Positions 1 through 10,569 of a stretch of DNA of 64,000 bases are shown here, in pieces. Every line of letters starts with the position of its first letter. Positions within the stretch are counted from its first letter, which is position 1. Under the pieces are notes generated by a model, which was not told the origin of the DNA, did no database searches, and worked only from the letters and a program-made list of their open reading frames with translations. The translations under genes and the position numbers were made by a program. The stretch spans positions 1,504,001-1,568,000 of the forward strand of contig CAXXFF010000002.1 in the NCBI GenBank assembly GCA_963676835.2. The letters are read 5' to 3'. Source of the stretch: Marispirochaeta sp. GTDB taxonomy: Bacteria > Spirochaetota > Spirochaetia > JC444 > Marispirochaetaceae.

Positions 1-162
1 GGAGAAGATTTTCTTTCCAAAGGAAAAATTACTCCCTTTGAAGGCACCGTTTTCCGGGGCAGGGTGGAAAAGACCCTGGTTCGGGGAAAGGTTGTCTATG
101 ACCGCAGTAAGAACAGTGCTTTACATCAGGGCTGGGGCAGCTTTATCCGGCCCGCGAACTGA
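1..162 (+). CDS. 3' end of a cyclic amidohydrolase (dihydropyrimidinase/dihydroorotase/allantoinase family), truncated by the window edge
   Basis: Frame 1 reads GEDFLSKGKFTPFEGTVFRGRVEKTLVRGKVVYD...RPAN*. SK..TPFEG..GRV..T.VRG.VV is the typical C-terminus of this family; it lies directly upstream of ygfK. Confidence 0.75.
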   Translation, partial: GEDFLSKGKITPFEGTVFRGRVEKTLVRGKVVYDRSKNSALHQGWGSFIRPAN

Positions 163-177
163 ATATAAGGAGATTTT

Positions 178-3100
178 ATGGGCGACAAGATGCGCTTGAT
201 ACCCTTTGCAGAACTTCTGGAACGCATTTTCGAGGAATACCGTACCTCCCGTTCCATCTTTGATATTCCCGAGAGTTCCTGGTACCGCAAAACAGGCGAT
301 CGGAAGATACAGATATTCGGTGAATCATGCGCAACCGCTCTGGGGCCCGCTGCGGGACCTCATACCCAGCTGGCGGGGAATATCTTCAGTTCCTATCTTA
401 CGGGAAGCCGTTTTATAGAGCTCAAGACCGTTCAGATACTGGATTCTCTGGAGATTGAAAAACCCTGTATCGATGCCGCCGATGAGGGATACAACACTGA
501 GTGGAGTACCGAACTTGCTCTGGAAGAGGCCTGGCGGGAGTATGCCAGGGCATGGGTTCTGCTTCATCTGGCGGATTATCTGTTTGATCTTAACGGCTCC
601 TTCAAGGGGCGGTCTTTTATTTTCAACATGAGTGTGGGTTATGATATGGCGGGCATAAAAACCGAACCCATGCAGCGCTATATAGCCCGGATGAAGGATT
701 CTTCCGGGGAGCCGCTTCTTGCAGAGTGGATTCAGGAAGTACGGGATCTGGTCCCGGGACTTATTGCAGGAACTTCACTGGAAGCAAAGGCCGAGGGGCT
801 TGCCGGGTTTACTGTTCCCGGGGAAATCTTCCGCTCTGTTACCCTTTCCACCATGCACGGCTGTCCGCCTGATGAGATTGAAGCCATCTGCGCCTACATG
901 CTTACGGAACAGAAACTGGATACCTATGTTAAACTGAATCCTACCCTGCTGGGGTTTGATACGGTAAAAGAGATACTCTCCGGACTCGGTTACGGTTATG
1001 TTGAACTGAACCGGGAGAGCTTCAGCCATGATCTCCAGTATGACCGTGCCCTGAGTATCCTGAACAGCCTTCGGGATCTTGCACAGAAAGAGGGCAGGCA
1101 GTTCGGCGTTAAGCTCACCAATACCCTGGCCAACCGCAATATCCGCGGGGTGCTGCCCGGGGATGAGATGTACCTCTCCGGCAGAGCCCTTTTCCCGCTT
1201 TCTATTACCCTTGCGGCCAGACTCTCTGAAGAATTTGACGGAACCCTGCCTATTTCCTATTCCGGCGGAATTACCGCTGCCAACGCAGAGGCTGTATTTA
1301 AAACCGGTATCCGGCCGGTGACCCTCGCGACTGATATGCTCAAACCCGGGGGCTATATGCGTCAGGGCCAGATAGCAGACCTGCTGGACGAAATGACCGA
1401 TGCCGACTGGAAACGGGGTGCCATTGATGTTCAGGCACTCTCCTCTCTTGCTGTGGCATCAAAGAAAGACCGGACTCTGCATAAGGATTTCCGGGGCACC
1501 GATGAAGTTTATAACCCGGGGGAACTTCCCCTTACCGACTGCTATGTCGCCCCCTGTGTTACCGCCTGTGCCATAAATCAGCATATCCCCGAGTATATCC
1601 GGCTGGTTGGAGAAGGCCGCTATGGTGAAGCCCTGGAGTGTATCTATGAGCGCAACGCCCTTCCTTCAATAACCGGAAACATCTGTGATCATCAATGTCA
1701 GCTGGTCTGCACTAGGCTGGACTATGAGGGCTGTCTGAATATCCGGGAAATCAAAAAGATTGCTGTGGAAAAAGGATCCGAGGAATTCCGGCGCCGCTGG
1801 ATACGTCCCGAGGTGAAACATAAAGAGCGGATTGCCGTAATCGGAGCAGGTCCTGCCGGTCTTTCCGCCGCCTATTTCCTGGCCAGGGAAGGATTTTCCG
1901 TAACCGTCCTGGAGCGGGAAGCCGACGCCGGCGGGGTTGTCCGCTATGTTGTGCCCTGGTTCCGTATAAGCCGGGAGGCCATAGACCGGGATATCGATTT
2001 TATCCGGGATCACGGGGTTGAGTTCCGCTTCGGCGTTGATGAGAAAATAGATATTCCTTCCCTTGAGGCGGAGGGATTCAGTTATATTGTGCTTGGACTG
2101 GGTACCTACAGAACCAGGAAGCTTCCCATAGAGGGGGATAACCGGAAGGTATATCCTTCCCTCTCCTTTCTTACCCAGTTTAACCGGGACGCCTCAAAGC
2201 TCGATATGGGCCGCAGGGTTGTTGTTATCGGCGCCGGGGATACTGCCATGGACTGTGCCCGGTCTGCTTTGCGCTGCCGGGGCGTGGAAGAGGTCTCTAT
2301 TGTCTACCGCAGAGCCTTTGAGCAGATGCCTGCCAGCCGTGAAGAGTACGAGTATGCCCAGGAAGATCAGGTGGGATTCCGCTGGCTGCGGAATCCTGAA
2401 CGCTTCGATTCAGACGGAACCCTTACATTGAGGGTTATGGAGCTCGGTGAGCCGGATTCATCCGGACGCCGGCGCCCGGTACCGACAGAAAAAACCGAAA
2501 GCCTTGCAGTAGACAGTATTGTCTATGCCATCGGCGATGATCCGGATGCGGAAACACTGAAAAGTGCCGGTCTGGAGCCCGATCCCTCCGGTATGGTTGA
2601 AACCGCAGAGGGAGGAGAAACCGGCCTTAAAGGTGTTTTCCTTATCGGTGACAGCCGTACCGGAGCGTCTACCATTGTAAACTGTATATCCGAAGGTCGG
2701 CGGGCTGCGGATGTAATCTGCCGTAAAGCGGACAGCGAGTGGGAACGCAGAGAAATGATCCCCTTTATGGATCCTGCAGAACGGCAGGAGGATATTCGGG
2801 TCAAGAAGGGCTCTCTTTCGCAGCAACCGGATCCCCGGTCCAGCTATGAGGTCCCCGAGTTTGCCGCCCGGGAGAAATCCCGCTGCCTTGAATGTGATTT
2901 TATCTGCAATAAATGCGTGGATGTCTGTCCTAACCGGGCCAATATTACCGTTGCTACCGAAGATCATCCCCTGTTTGCCGATCCTTTTCAGATTGTCCAT
3001 GTGGATGCCTACTGTAACGAGTGCGGCAACTGCGGGCATTTCTGTCCCTGGGAGGGACGGCCTTACATGGATAAGCCCACTGTGTTCAGCACGGAAGAGG

Positions 3101-3321
3101 ATTTTCGTAACAGTACCAACCCCGGCTGGCTCTGGATAGGTGAAGATCTGCAGGTCCGCTTTGACGGCGAGGAAGAGAAGCTCAGTCTTGAACAGGCTGA
3201 AAAGGAAGCTTCTGCAGATACCGACCGGGGAAGATTCTTCTCACTTTTTACTATTCTGAAAAGCTCAAGGCCCCATCTGTTCGGGCCGGTTGAGCCTGCT
3301 GTACCGGGAGTTCCAAGATGA
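178..3321 (+). CDS. ygfK: YgfK-family Fe-S flavoprotein oxidoreductase ('putative selenate reductase subunit', purine catabolism)
   Basis: GPAAGPHTQLA, TLSTMHGCPPDEIE, VKLNPTLLG, FAD motif VIGAGPAGLSAA, C-terminal CxxCxxxCxxCVDVCPNRAN and CNECGNC; RBS AAGGAG upstream. Confidence 0.93.
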   Translation: MGDKMRLIPFAELLERIFEEYRTSRSIFDIPESSWYRKTGDRKIQIFGESCATALGPAAGPHTQLAGNIFSSYLTGSRFIELKTVQILDSLEIEKPCIDAADEGYNTEWSTELALEEAWREYARAWVLLHLADYLFDLNGSFKGRSFIFNMSVGYDMAGIKTEPMQRYIARMKDSSGEPLLAEWIQEVRDLVPGLIAGTSLEAKAEGLAGFTVPGEIFRSVTLSTMHGCPPDEIEAICAYMLTEQKLDTYVKLNPTLLGFDTVKEILSGLGYGYVELNRESFSHDLQYDRALSILNSLRDLAQKEGRQFGVKLTNTLANRNIRGVLPGDEMYLSGRALFPLSITLAARLSEEFDGTLPISYSGGITAANAEAVFKTGIRPVTLATDMLKPGGYMRQGQIADLLDEMTDADWKRGAIDVQALSSLAVASKKDRTLHKDFRGTDEVYNPGELPLTDCYVAPCVTACAINQHIPEYIRLVGEGRYGEALECIYERNALPSITGNICDHQCQLVCTRLDYEGCLNIREIKKIAVEKGSEEFRRRWIRPEVKHKERIAVIGAGPAGLSAAYFLAREGFSVTVLEREADAGGVVRYVVPWFRISREAIDRDIDFIRDHGVEFRFGVDEKIDIPSLEAEGFSYIVLGLGTYRTRKLPIEGDNRKVYPSLSFLTQFNRDASKLDMGRRVVVIGAGDTAMDCARSALRCRGVEEVSIVYRRAFEQMPASREEYEYAQEDQVGFRWLRNPERFDSDGTLTLRVMELGEPDSSGRRRPVPTEKTESLAVDSIVYAIGDDPDAETLKSAGLEPDPSGMVETAEGGETGLKGVFLIGDSRTGASTIVNCISEGRRAADVICRKADSEWERREMIPFMDPAERQEDIRVKKGSLSQQPDPRSSYEVPEFAAREKSRCLECDFICNKCVDVCPNRANITVATEDHPLFADPFQIVHVDAYCNECGNCGHFCPWEGRPYMDKPTVFSTEEDFRNSTNPGWLWIGEDLQVRFDGEEEKLSLEQAEKEASADTDRGRFFSLFTILKSSRPHLFGPVEPAVPGVPR

Positions 3322-4643
3322 GACTGTTAAAGAATGCCCTGCTGGTGGAGTTTGATCCTCCCCGTATCCGTGAAGGTGAAGATGTGCTGGTTGATGGTGA
3401 CCGGATTGTTAAGGTCGGGCCATCGCTTTCTGAAGACGGGGTTGAAAAAACCGTCGACTGTACCGGCAAGCTGCTGTTTCCGGGGATTGTCTGCAGCCAC
3501 AACCATTTCTATTCCGGCCTTTCCAGGGGCATTATGGCGGATATCGGGCCCACCCCGGATTTCGTCTCTGTCCTGAAGCAGCTCTGGTGGCGTCTCGACC
3601 GGGGCATAGATGAGCCCATCCTTAAAGCATCGGGGATGATCTGTTCTCTTGATGCCATCAGAAACGGAACCACTGCGGTTATCGATCATCATGCCAGTCC
3701 TGATTTTATCTCCGGTTCCCTGTCGGTGCTGAAACGCGCCTTTGAAGAGACAGGCCTGAGGGGAGCAACCTGCTACGAGGTGACTGACAGGCACGGACCT
3801 GATGCAATGCTTGAAGGGATAGAAGAAAACCGCCGCTTTGCTGAACAGATTGATGAAGAAAAAAAAGCAGGAACATGGTCGGGGCTTACAGAGGCTCATG
3901 TCGGTGGTCATGCTCCCTGTACGCTCCCCGATGAGGGGCTGAAAAGGATTGCCGATGTCTGCAGTTCCAGCGGCCGGGGTTTTCATTGCCATGTGGCAGA
4001 GGACCGCTGGGATGTTTCCCATTCACATATAAATTACAGCAAAGATATTGCCTTTCGGCTTGATGATTTCGGACTGCTGACGGATAAGACCCTGCTTGTA
4101 CACGGGGTGTTTCTGAATGATCAGGAAGTTGATTTGATTAACGAAAAAGGAAGCTTTCTTGTTCACAACAGCCGGTCAAATATGAATAACGGTGTGGGCT
4201 ATAACAGCCGCCTGCCGCTGTATAAGAATCTCGCCCTTGGTACCGACGGTATTGGATCGGATATGATCAGCGAGATTCAGACAGCTTATTTCAAGCATAA
4301 GGATGCCGGCGGTGCCTGGTGGCCTGGAGATTTTCTTTCCGCCCTGGCAGCGGGAAACCGGATACTGGAACAGGTCTACCGCAGGCCCTTCGGCCGGCTG
4401 GAGTCCGGCTATGCTGCCGATCTTGTGATTGCGGATTATCAGGCCCCCACACCGCTTGCCCCGGAAAACCTTGCAGGACACATGGTCTTCGGCATGGGAT
4501 CTGGCATGGTGGAATCGGTCATTATCGGAGGCCGCTTTGTCATGGAGAACCGGAAATTTCCCATGTATGTAAGCGGTATTTATGAAGACGCCCGTATTCA
4601 GGCTTCACGGCTTTGGGAACGGATGAACTCAATAGAAGCGTAA
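3318..4643 (+). CDS. ssnA: SsnA-family amidohydrolase
   Basis: CSHNHFYS metal motif, WWRLDR, IDHHASP, HVAED, SNMNNGVG, LGTDG; ATGA overlap with ygfK. Confidence 0.9.
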   Translation: MRLLKNALLVEFDPPRIREGEDVLVDGDRIVKVGPSLSEDGVEKTVDCTGKLLFPGIVCSHNHFYSGLSRGIMADIGPTPDFVSVLKQLWWRLDRGIDEPILKASGMICSLDAIRNGTTAVIDHHASPDFISGSLSVLKRAFEETGLRGATCYEVTDRHGPDAMLEGIEENRRFAEQIDEEKKAGTWSGLTEAHVGGHAPCTLPDEGLKRIADVCSSSGRGFHCHVAEDRWDVSHSHINYSKDIAFRLDDFGLLTDKTLLVHGVFLNDQEVDLINEKGSFLVHNSRSNMNNGVGYNSRLPLYKNLALGTDGIGSDMISEIQTAYFKHKDAGGAWWPGDFLSALAAGNRILEQVYRRPFGRLESGYAADLVIADYQAPTPLAPENLAGHMVFGMGSGMVESVIIGGRFVMENRKFPMYVSGIYEDARIQASRLWERMNSIEA

Positions 4644-4694
4644 ATATAGAAGCCTGAGGGCTTATAAAAAGAGAAAATACAAGAGAAACAGGAG

Positions 4695-5924
4695 TTGGAT
4701 ATGAAGAACGCGGAAAAGATACTTAAACTTGCAGAAACTTACAGAGATGATACAGCAGAGCTCTTGAGCGAACTGATTAAGATAAAATCTTACAGCTCTC
4801 AGGAAGAGGATATCTGCCTGCGACTGCGGGAAATCTGCGGCACCCTCGGCTTCGATGAAGTCAGGATAGACGGTCTGGGAAGTGTACTTGCCAGAATAGG
4901 TTCCGGCCCCCGGGTAATAGCCTTTGACGCTCATATTGATACCGTAGAAGTCGGTAACCCTTCTATCTGGGAAAAGGATCCTTTCTCCGGAGAGATTTCC
5001 GACGGCTATGTTTACGGCCGGGGTGCTTCCGATCAGAAAGGCGGAGCTGCTGCCATGCTTACCGCAGGGCGGATACTCAAGGAACTTGCCTACGATGGTG
5101 ATTTCAGTGTCTGGTTCAGTTTTACCGTTATGGAAGAGGACTGCGACGGTATGTGCTGGAAATACCTCATTGAAGAGGAAAACTTCAAGCCTGAGTTCAT
5201 TGTCTCCACCGAACCCACAAGCTGCCGTATCTACCGGGGACACCGGGGCCGGATGGAAATGGTTGCCCGGATGAAGGGGGTTTCAGCCCATGGTTCTGCT
5301 CCGGAACGGGGAGTAAGTGCTGCTTACAAAGCAAGCCGGGTTGCTCTTGCAATAGAGGAGCTGAATGAGTCGCTTAAACCGGATGACGACAATTTCCTGG
5401 GCAAGGGAACTATTGTTGTGAGCCAGATGGATGTCCGCGGACCCTCCCAGTGTGCGGTACCCGATCAGGCAATGCTGTATATGGACCGCCGCCTTACCTG
5501 GGGAGAGGACAAGGAACTCGCTATCCGTCAGGTGAAAGAGGCGGCTGCAAAGGCTATTGGCGAAGACGAATCAGCCATAGAGGTTACCATGCCGGATTAT
5601 GCCAAGCGGGGCTGGAAGGATATGGATTATTCCCAGGAGCTTTATTTTCCCACCTGGAAAATCGATGAAGATCATCCCCTGGTGCAGGGGGCCCGTAAGG
5701 CATACAAGAAACTCTGGAGTAAAGAGCCGGTCATCGATAAATGGACCTTCAGTACAAACCTGGTTGCTTCCACGGGGCGTCATAAAATTCCCGCCATCGG
5801 CTTTGGCCCGGGGGATGAAAATCAGGCCCATGCTCCCAATGAGAGAACCCGGGTGGCGGATCTTGAGGTCTGCTCTGCATTCTACGCCATGCTGCCCTTT
5901 ATGCTGGAGGAGCAGAAGGGCTGA
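4695..5924 (+). CDS. ygeY: YgeY-family M20 metallohydrolase
   Basis: DAHIDTV, GRGASDQKGG, EEDCDG, YRGHRGRMEM, AHGSAPERG, WTFSTN, GFGPG..QAHAPNE; TTG start after AGGAG. Confidence 0.9.
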   Translation: MDMKNAEKILKLAETYRDDTAELLSELIKIKSYSSQEEDICLRLREICGTLGFDEVRIDGLGSVLARIGSGPRVIAFDAHIDTVEVGNPSIWEKDPFSGEISDGYVYGRGASDQKGGAAAMLTAGRILKELAYDGDFSVWFSFTVMEEDCDGMCWKYLIEEENFKPEFIVSTEPTSCRIYRGHRGRMEMVARMKGVSAHGSAPERGVSAAYKASRVALAIEELNESLKPDDDNFLGKGTIVVSQMDVRGPSQCAVPDQAMLYMDRRLTWGEDKELAIRQVKEAAAKAIGEDESAIEVTMPDYAKRGWKDMDYSQELYFPTWKIDEDHPLVQGARKAYKKLWSKEPVIDKWTFSTNLVASTGRHKIPAIGFGPGDENQAHAPNERTRVADLEVCSAFYAMLPFMLEEQKG

Positions 5925-7084
5925 TGATTACCTTCGGATGCCGCTGCAGTACCTGCGGCCGGGAATACAGCTTCAGTCACGAAACAATGCTCTGTCCGGT
6001 ATGTTCTGCTGAGCAGGAAGCGGACCAGCCCTTAAAGGGAATACTGGAGTTTTCACTTTCCGGCTCCCCGGCTAAGGATTGGGATCCTCTGGATCTGCTG
6101 CCGGTGGAGCGGCGCTGGTTTCCTCCGGCCCCGGTGGGAAACACTCCTCTTTGGGAACCCGCCGGACTGCGGAAGGAGACAGGATTCAATAACCTGTTTA
6201 TCAAGGATGACAGTCTTAACCCCACGGGGTCTCTGAAAGACCGGGCCAGTTACTTGGTGGCAGCCTATGCCCGCAGTGTCGGGATCAAGCGTATTGTGCT
6301 TGCATCCACCGGCAATGCGGGATCATCCATGGCAGGAATCGGCGCAGCTTCCGGCCTGGATATCCGCCTTTTTCTTCCTGCGGCAGCACCTCCTGCCAAG
6401 CTGATACAGGCCCTGCAGTATGGTGCTGATCTGGTCAAGGTCGACGGAACTTACGATAAGGCCTACGACCTCGCTCTTGAAGAAGCCGGTATGGACGGCG
6501 TCATGAGCCGCAATACCGGTCATAACCCCCTGACAATCGAGGGGAAAAAGAGTGTATCCCTTGAAATATTCAGGCAGCTCGGGAACCGGGTGCCGGATTA
6601 TCTGTTTGTCTCCGCCGGTGACGGGGTAATCCTCTCCGGTGTCTACCGGGGATTTGAAGATCTGATGAGCCTGGGCCTTTCCGACAGGATGCCAACCGTG
6701 GTGGCTGTGCAGGCAGAGGGCTCCTCGGCAATTCACCGGGCGCTTAAATCCGGGGGCTTCCGGAAACCCGTACCGTCAACCACCCTGGCGGATTCCATCT
6801 CGGTGGATGTACCCCGGGGCGGCCTCTTTGCTCTGGAAAGGCTTCAGCGGCATGACGGCATTACCGTTACTGTTGCGGATGATGAAATACTTGATGCTCA
6901 GGGGCTGCTGGCTTCCGGAGCAGGACTCTTTGCAGAACCCGCTGCAGCAGCCGCCTGGGCGGGATTTCAGCAGCTTATGAGTGAGATAGATATTGATGCA
7001 AGTGTTGTTGTTCTGGTTACCGGCAGCGGTCTCAAGGATATTGACGGAGCCCGGAAGGGGCTGGAACAGCGGGGGAGAATATAG
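5924..7084 (+). CDS. Threonine-synthase-like PLP enzyme (fold type II)
   Basis: N-terminal CxxC...CxxC, NPTGSLKDR (PLP lysine), ASTGNAG, GDGVI, EPAAAA, TGSGLKD. Confidence 0.85.
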   Translation: MITFGCRCSTCGREYSFSHETMLCPVCSAEQEADQPLKGILEFSLSGSPAKDWDPLDLLPVERRWFPPAPVGNTPLWEPAGLRKETGFNNLFIKDDSLNPTGSLKDRASYLVAAYARSVGIKRIVLASTGNAGSSMAGIGAASGLDIRLFLPAAAPPAKLIQALQYGADLVKVDGTYDKAYDLALEEAGMDGVMSRNTGHNPLTIEGKKSVSLEIFRQLGNRVPDYLFVSAGDGVILSGVYRGFEDLMSLGLSDRMPTVVAVQAEGSSAIHRALKSGGFRKPVPSTTLADSISVDVPRGGLFALERLQRHDGITVTVADDEILDAQGLLASGAGLFAEPAAAAAWAGFQQLMSEIDIDASVVVLVTGSGLKDIDGARKGLEQRGRI

Positions 7085-9231
7085 TGCAGAATGTTCATCC
7101 TATAAGTAAGTCCATACCGCGGCCGGACGGGAAGGAGAAGGCCGGCGGGGCGGCTGCCTATATCGCAGATTTTCCTCATCAGGATTTTCTCACCGCCCGG
7201 TTTTACCGCTCTCCTTTTACCAGAGGTACTATTACTGCTATCCATCTTCCGGAACTGCCGGATGGTTATTTTGCGGTGGATTACCGGGATGTTCCCGGGG
7301 AAAACTACATAGCCCTGATAAAAAACGACTGGCCCGCCTTCGCGGAGACCGAAATCCGCTACAAGGGTCAGATTATCCTGCTCCTGGCGGGACCGGATCC
7401 GGAGGTGGTGGATAAGCTTTTGTCGGGAATCTCCGTGGAGTACACCGAAAAAGAACCGGCGGTTACCCCCGATGACGGCCTTGCCTGCCGCGGCGGTGCC
7501 ATGCATGGTGACAATAACATCTATGCCGACCTTAATCTTGTTAAAGGCGATCCCGACGAGGCATTCCGGCAGGCAAGCCGCATTGTTGAAGGTACATACG
7601 CCACGGGCTTTCAGGAACAGCTCTATATGGAGCCCCAGGGGCTCATGGCCTGGACCGAGAAAAACGGAAAGAAAGTTGTTGTCCAGGGCACCATGCAGTG
7701 TCCCTATTATGTTAAACACTCCGCCGAAGTTGTCCTTGGCGACGGATTTGATGTCCGGGTCATTCAGACCACCACCGGAGGCGGCTTCGGAGGCAAGGAG
7801 GATTACCCCGAGATTATGGCGGGACCTCTGGTTACTGCGGCAGTTAAAATAGGAAAACCCTTAAGGATGATCTTTGACCGCACTGAGGATCTAGCATACA
7901 CCTCCAAGCGGCATCCTTCCCGCACAAGGGTTCGAACCGCCCATGATGAGTCCGGACGGATTACCGCCCTGGATTTTGACATTATCATTGACGGCGGGGC
8001 TTACGAGAGCTACTCCCTTATTGTCCTTCAGCGGGCGGTGTTCACCTCCAACGGCGTCTACAATTTTCCCAGCGCCCGGGTACGGGGCAGGGCCGTGGCT
8101 ACATCCACGGTTCCTTCAGGTGCATTCCGGGGCTTCGGCGCACCCCAGGCTCTGCATGCCCTGGAGATGCACATGACCAAAGCTTCCCGGGAGTTTGGCG
8201 AAGATACGCTGAAATTCCGGCTTCCCTACCTGCTGAAAAAAGGTGACCCTACCATAACCGGGGGAACTATCCGGGAAGAGGTGATCCTTGATCAACTTAT
8301 TGAAAAGGCCATGAATGTTTCGGATTTCCGCCGCAAACGGAAGCAGTACGCGGATGTTCCCGGGAAAGGAATAGGCCTTGCTCTGATGAATCACGGCTGC
8401 GGCTTTACCGGTGACGGCGAGCAGAAGATTATCAAGGCGAAGGTGAAGATCCGCAAGAATGCTGATGATACGGTGGATCTGCTCCTGGCCAATATCGACA
8501 TGGGCCAGGGGCCGAGGACAACCATGCGCAAGGTTGCGTCTGCCGTCCTCGGTATACCCACAGACAGAATTACCTACGATAACCCCGATACCGATCTGGT
8601 TCCCAACTCGGGGCCGACTGTAGCCAGCCGAACCATGATGGTGGTGGGCTACCTTCTTAAGGAAGCGGCGGAGAAGCTGAAAGCAATCTGGCAGCCCGGG
8701 AAGCTTCAGGTGACTGAAGCAGACTACACCATGCCACCTGGAATGGAGTGGGACCAGGAAAAACTTTCCGGTGACGCCTATGCCGCCTACGGCTGGGGGG
8801 TGAATATCGTGGAAGTCGAAACAGATCCGGTAACCTGGGAAGTTAAAGTTAACGGCGTCTGGGCTGTCTACGACGTGGGTGTTCCCATCGATGACCTGGT
8901 GGTGCAGGGACAGATCCAGGGCGGCATGAGCCAGGCCCTGGGCTATGCCAGCTGCGAAAAGCTGGAAGTAGGCGCCGATGGTGCCTTTCGGCAGGCAAGC
9001 ATGGCGGACTATATCGTGCCCACCAGTCTCGATTTTCCCCGTACCAGTGCCTATACGCTGAACAACCCTTACGAATATGGACCCTTTGGAGCCAAAGGGA
9101 TGGGTGAGATGGTCCATGATGCCGGTCACGCCGCCTACTGTGCCGCGGTGGAGCAGGCAACGGGACATGAGTGCCCGGAAATCCCCCTCACCCCGGAAAA
9201 ACTCGCGGAGATTATGCAGCATGAAAATTGA
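7084..9231 (+). CDS. Xanthine-dehydrogenase-family molybdopterin-binding subunit
   Basis: GGGFGGKE, AFRGFGAPQ, MGQG, GQIQGG, GAKGMGE. Confidence 0.9.
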   Translation: MQNVHPISKSIPRPDGKEKAGGAAAYIADFPHQDFLTARFYRSPFTRGTITAIHLPELPDGYFAVDYRDVPGENYIALIKNDWPAFAETEIRYKGQIILLLAGPDPEVVDKLLSGISVEYTEKEPAVTPDDGLACRGGAMHGDNNIYADLNLVKGDPDEAFRQASRIVEGTYATGFQEQLYMEPQGLMAWTEKNGKKVVVQGTMQCPYYVKHSAEVVLGDGFDVRVIQTTTGGGFGGKEDYPEIMAGPLVTAAVKIGKPLRMIFDRTEDLAYTSKRHPSRTRVRTAHDESGRITALDFDIIIDGGAYESYSLIVLQRAVFTSNGVYNFPSARVRGRAVATSTVPSGAFRGFGAPQALHALEMHMTKASREFGEDTLKFRLPYLLKKGDPTITGGTIREEVILDQLIEKAMNVSDFRRKRKQYADVPGKGIGLALMNHGCGFTGDGEQKIIKAKVKIRKNADDTVDLLLANIDMGQGPRTTMRKVASAVLGIPTDRITYDNPDTDLVPNSGPTVASRTMMVVGYLLKEAAEKLKAIWQPGKLQVTEADYTMPPGMEWDQEKLSGDAYAAYGWGVNIVEVETDPVTWEVKVNGVWAVYDVGVPIDDLVVQGQIQGGMSQALGYASCEKLEVGADGAFRQASMADYIVPTSLDFPRTSAYTLNNPYEYGPFGAKGMGEMVHDAGHAAYCAAVEQATGHECPEIPLTPEKLAEIMQHEN

Positions 9232-9700
9232 TTTTACCCTGAACGGAACCCCGGTCTCTCTGGAGTCAAGCCCGGTAAAGCGCCTCCTTGATGTTCTGCG
9301 GGATGACTTTGACATGAAAGGTACCAAAGAGGGCTGCGGCGAAGGGGAGTGCGGAGCCTGCAGTATCTTTATCGACGGACGTCTTGCCAACAGCTGTCTT
9401 ATTCCGGCAGCCCAGGCGGAAGGTGCAGAGATTGTTACCATAGACGGTGTTCGCGATACTGAAGCAGGCATACTGATTACCGAAGCCTATGCGGAAGCCC
9501 ATGCGGTGCAGTGCGGGTTCTGTACCCCCGGTATGGTAATGGCCTCCATTGCCCTTTTAAAGGTAAATCCCGATCCCGACGAGCAGGCAGTGCGGGAGGG
9601 CATCTCCGGCAATATCTGCCGCTGCACCGGCTACGACATGATTATTGATGCCGTTCAGTTAGCGGCAAAGCGTGCAAAAGAGCGGGGTCTTGCATGGTGA
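9221..9700 (+). CDS. (2Fe-2S)-binding small subunit of a Mo hydroxylase
   Basis: GTKEGCGEGECGAC, QCGFCTPG, CRCTGY; start placed at ATG 9221 (MKIDFTLNG), overlapping the previous stop. Confidence 0.92.
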   Translation: MKIDFTLNGTPVSLESSPVKRLLDVLRDDFDMKGTKEGCGEGECGACSIFIDGRLANSCLIPAAQAEGAEIVTIDGVRDTEAGILITEAYAEAHAVQCGFCTPGMVMASIALLKVNPDPDEQAVREGISGNICRCTGYDMIIDAVQLAAKRAKERGLAW

Positions 9701-10569
9701 ACAGCAAGGTAGATGCATTACGCCCCGGATCCCTGGCTGAGGCGATTGATTTTCGCACCCGTACCGGTGCGCTGCCCTTTGCGGGGGGCACGGACCTGAT
9801 GGTTCGCCGCAGGAGATACACCGGCACAGCAGGCCCTGACTTCAGCGGCCCCGTACTTTTTCTCGATGGAGTTCCGGAGCTTAAACAGGTGCAGATCAAA
9901 GGAGGCATTCTTGAGGCAGGTGCTGGTGTAACCCTCAGTGATCTGCTCGCCCGTAAAGAGCTGCCTCTACTGCTTCGCCGGGGTATCGAGCTTATCGCCG
10001 CTCCGGGACTGCGCAACCGGGCAACTCTTGCAGGAAACATCTGTAATGCTTCTCCTGCGGCTGATTCCCTTCCTTCCCTGTATGTACACGGGGCGGAAGT
10101 AGTTCTTACCGGCCCTTCCGGTGAAAGGACTCTCCTTCTCTCTGATTTCATACGCGGGCCGGGTAAAACAGTACTCAAGGATGATGAACTGCTTACTGCA
10201 GTGAAGATTCCCCTGCTGGATAAGGGGCGCATCTACTACCGTAAGGTGGGCACCCGCAAGGCCAATGCCCTTTCAAAGCTGTCCGCTGCAGGATACGTCA
10301 GAACCGTGGATGGTCTTATTGAAGATTTCCGCTTCGCCCTGGGCGCCGTTGCTCCCACAGTCGTTCGTCTGAATGAGGTGGAGCAGGCGGTGCGCGGTAA
10401 AGAGCTATCAGAACTCGATGCAGATACGCTGCTTGAACTTGCTGCACCTGCGGTTTGTCCCATAGATGACCAGCGCTCCACCGCTGACTATCGTCGGCAG
10501 GTGGCATTTAACTGTCTAAAAGAATTTCTTGAACAGATACAGAATAATAACTTTCCGGAGGAAACATGA
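9694..10569 (+). CDS. FAD-binding medium subunit of a Mo hydroxylase
   Basis: AGGTDL, RNRATLAGNICNASPAAD, PIDDQRSTADYR. Confidence 0.92.
   Translation: MVNSKVDALRPGSLAEAIDFRTRTGALPFAGGTDLMVRRRRYTGTAGPDFSGPVLFLDGVPELKQVQIKGGILEAGAGVTLSDLLARKELPLLLRRGIELIAAPGLRNRATLAGNICNASPAADSLPSLYVHGAEVVLTGPSGERTLLLSDFIRGPGKTVLKDDELLTAVKIPLLDKGRIYYRKVGTRKANALSKLSAAGYVRTVDGLIEDFRFALGAVAPTVVRLNEVEQAVRGKELSELDADTLLELAAPAVCPIDDQRSTADYRRQVAFNCLKEFLEQIQNNNFPEET

Noticed and set aside
3318..5926. Selenocysteine read-through at the TGA stops of ygfK and ygeY
   Set aside because: Both TGAs overlap the next gene's ATG (translational coupling) and the proteins already look full length.
5924..7084. Calling this gene thrC
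   Set aside because: The fold is clear, but the purine-catabolic context and lack of threonine pathway neighbours make the function uncertain.
8116..9471. 451-aa minus-strand ORF (likewise 15177..16232, 17858..18835, 42485..43261 and 43168..43914)
   Set aside because: Antisense shadows of well-supported genes, with no motifs of their own.
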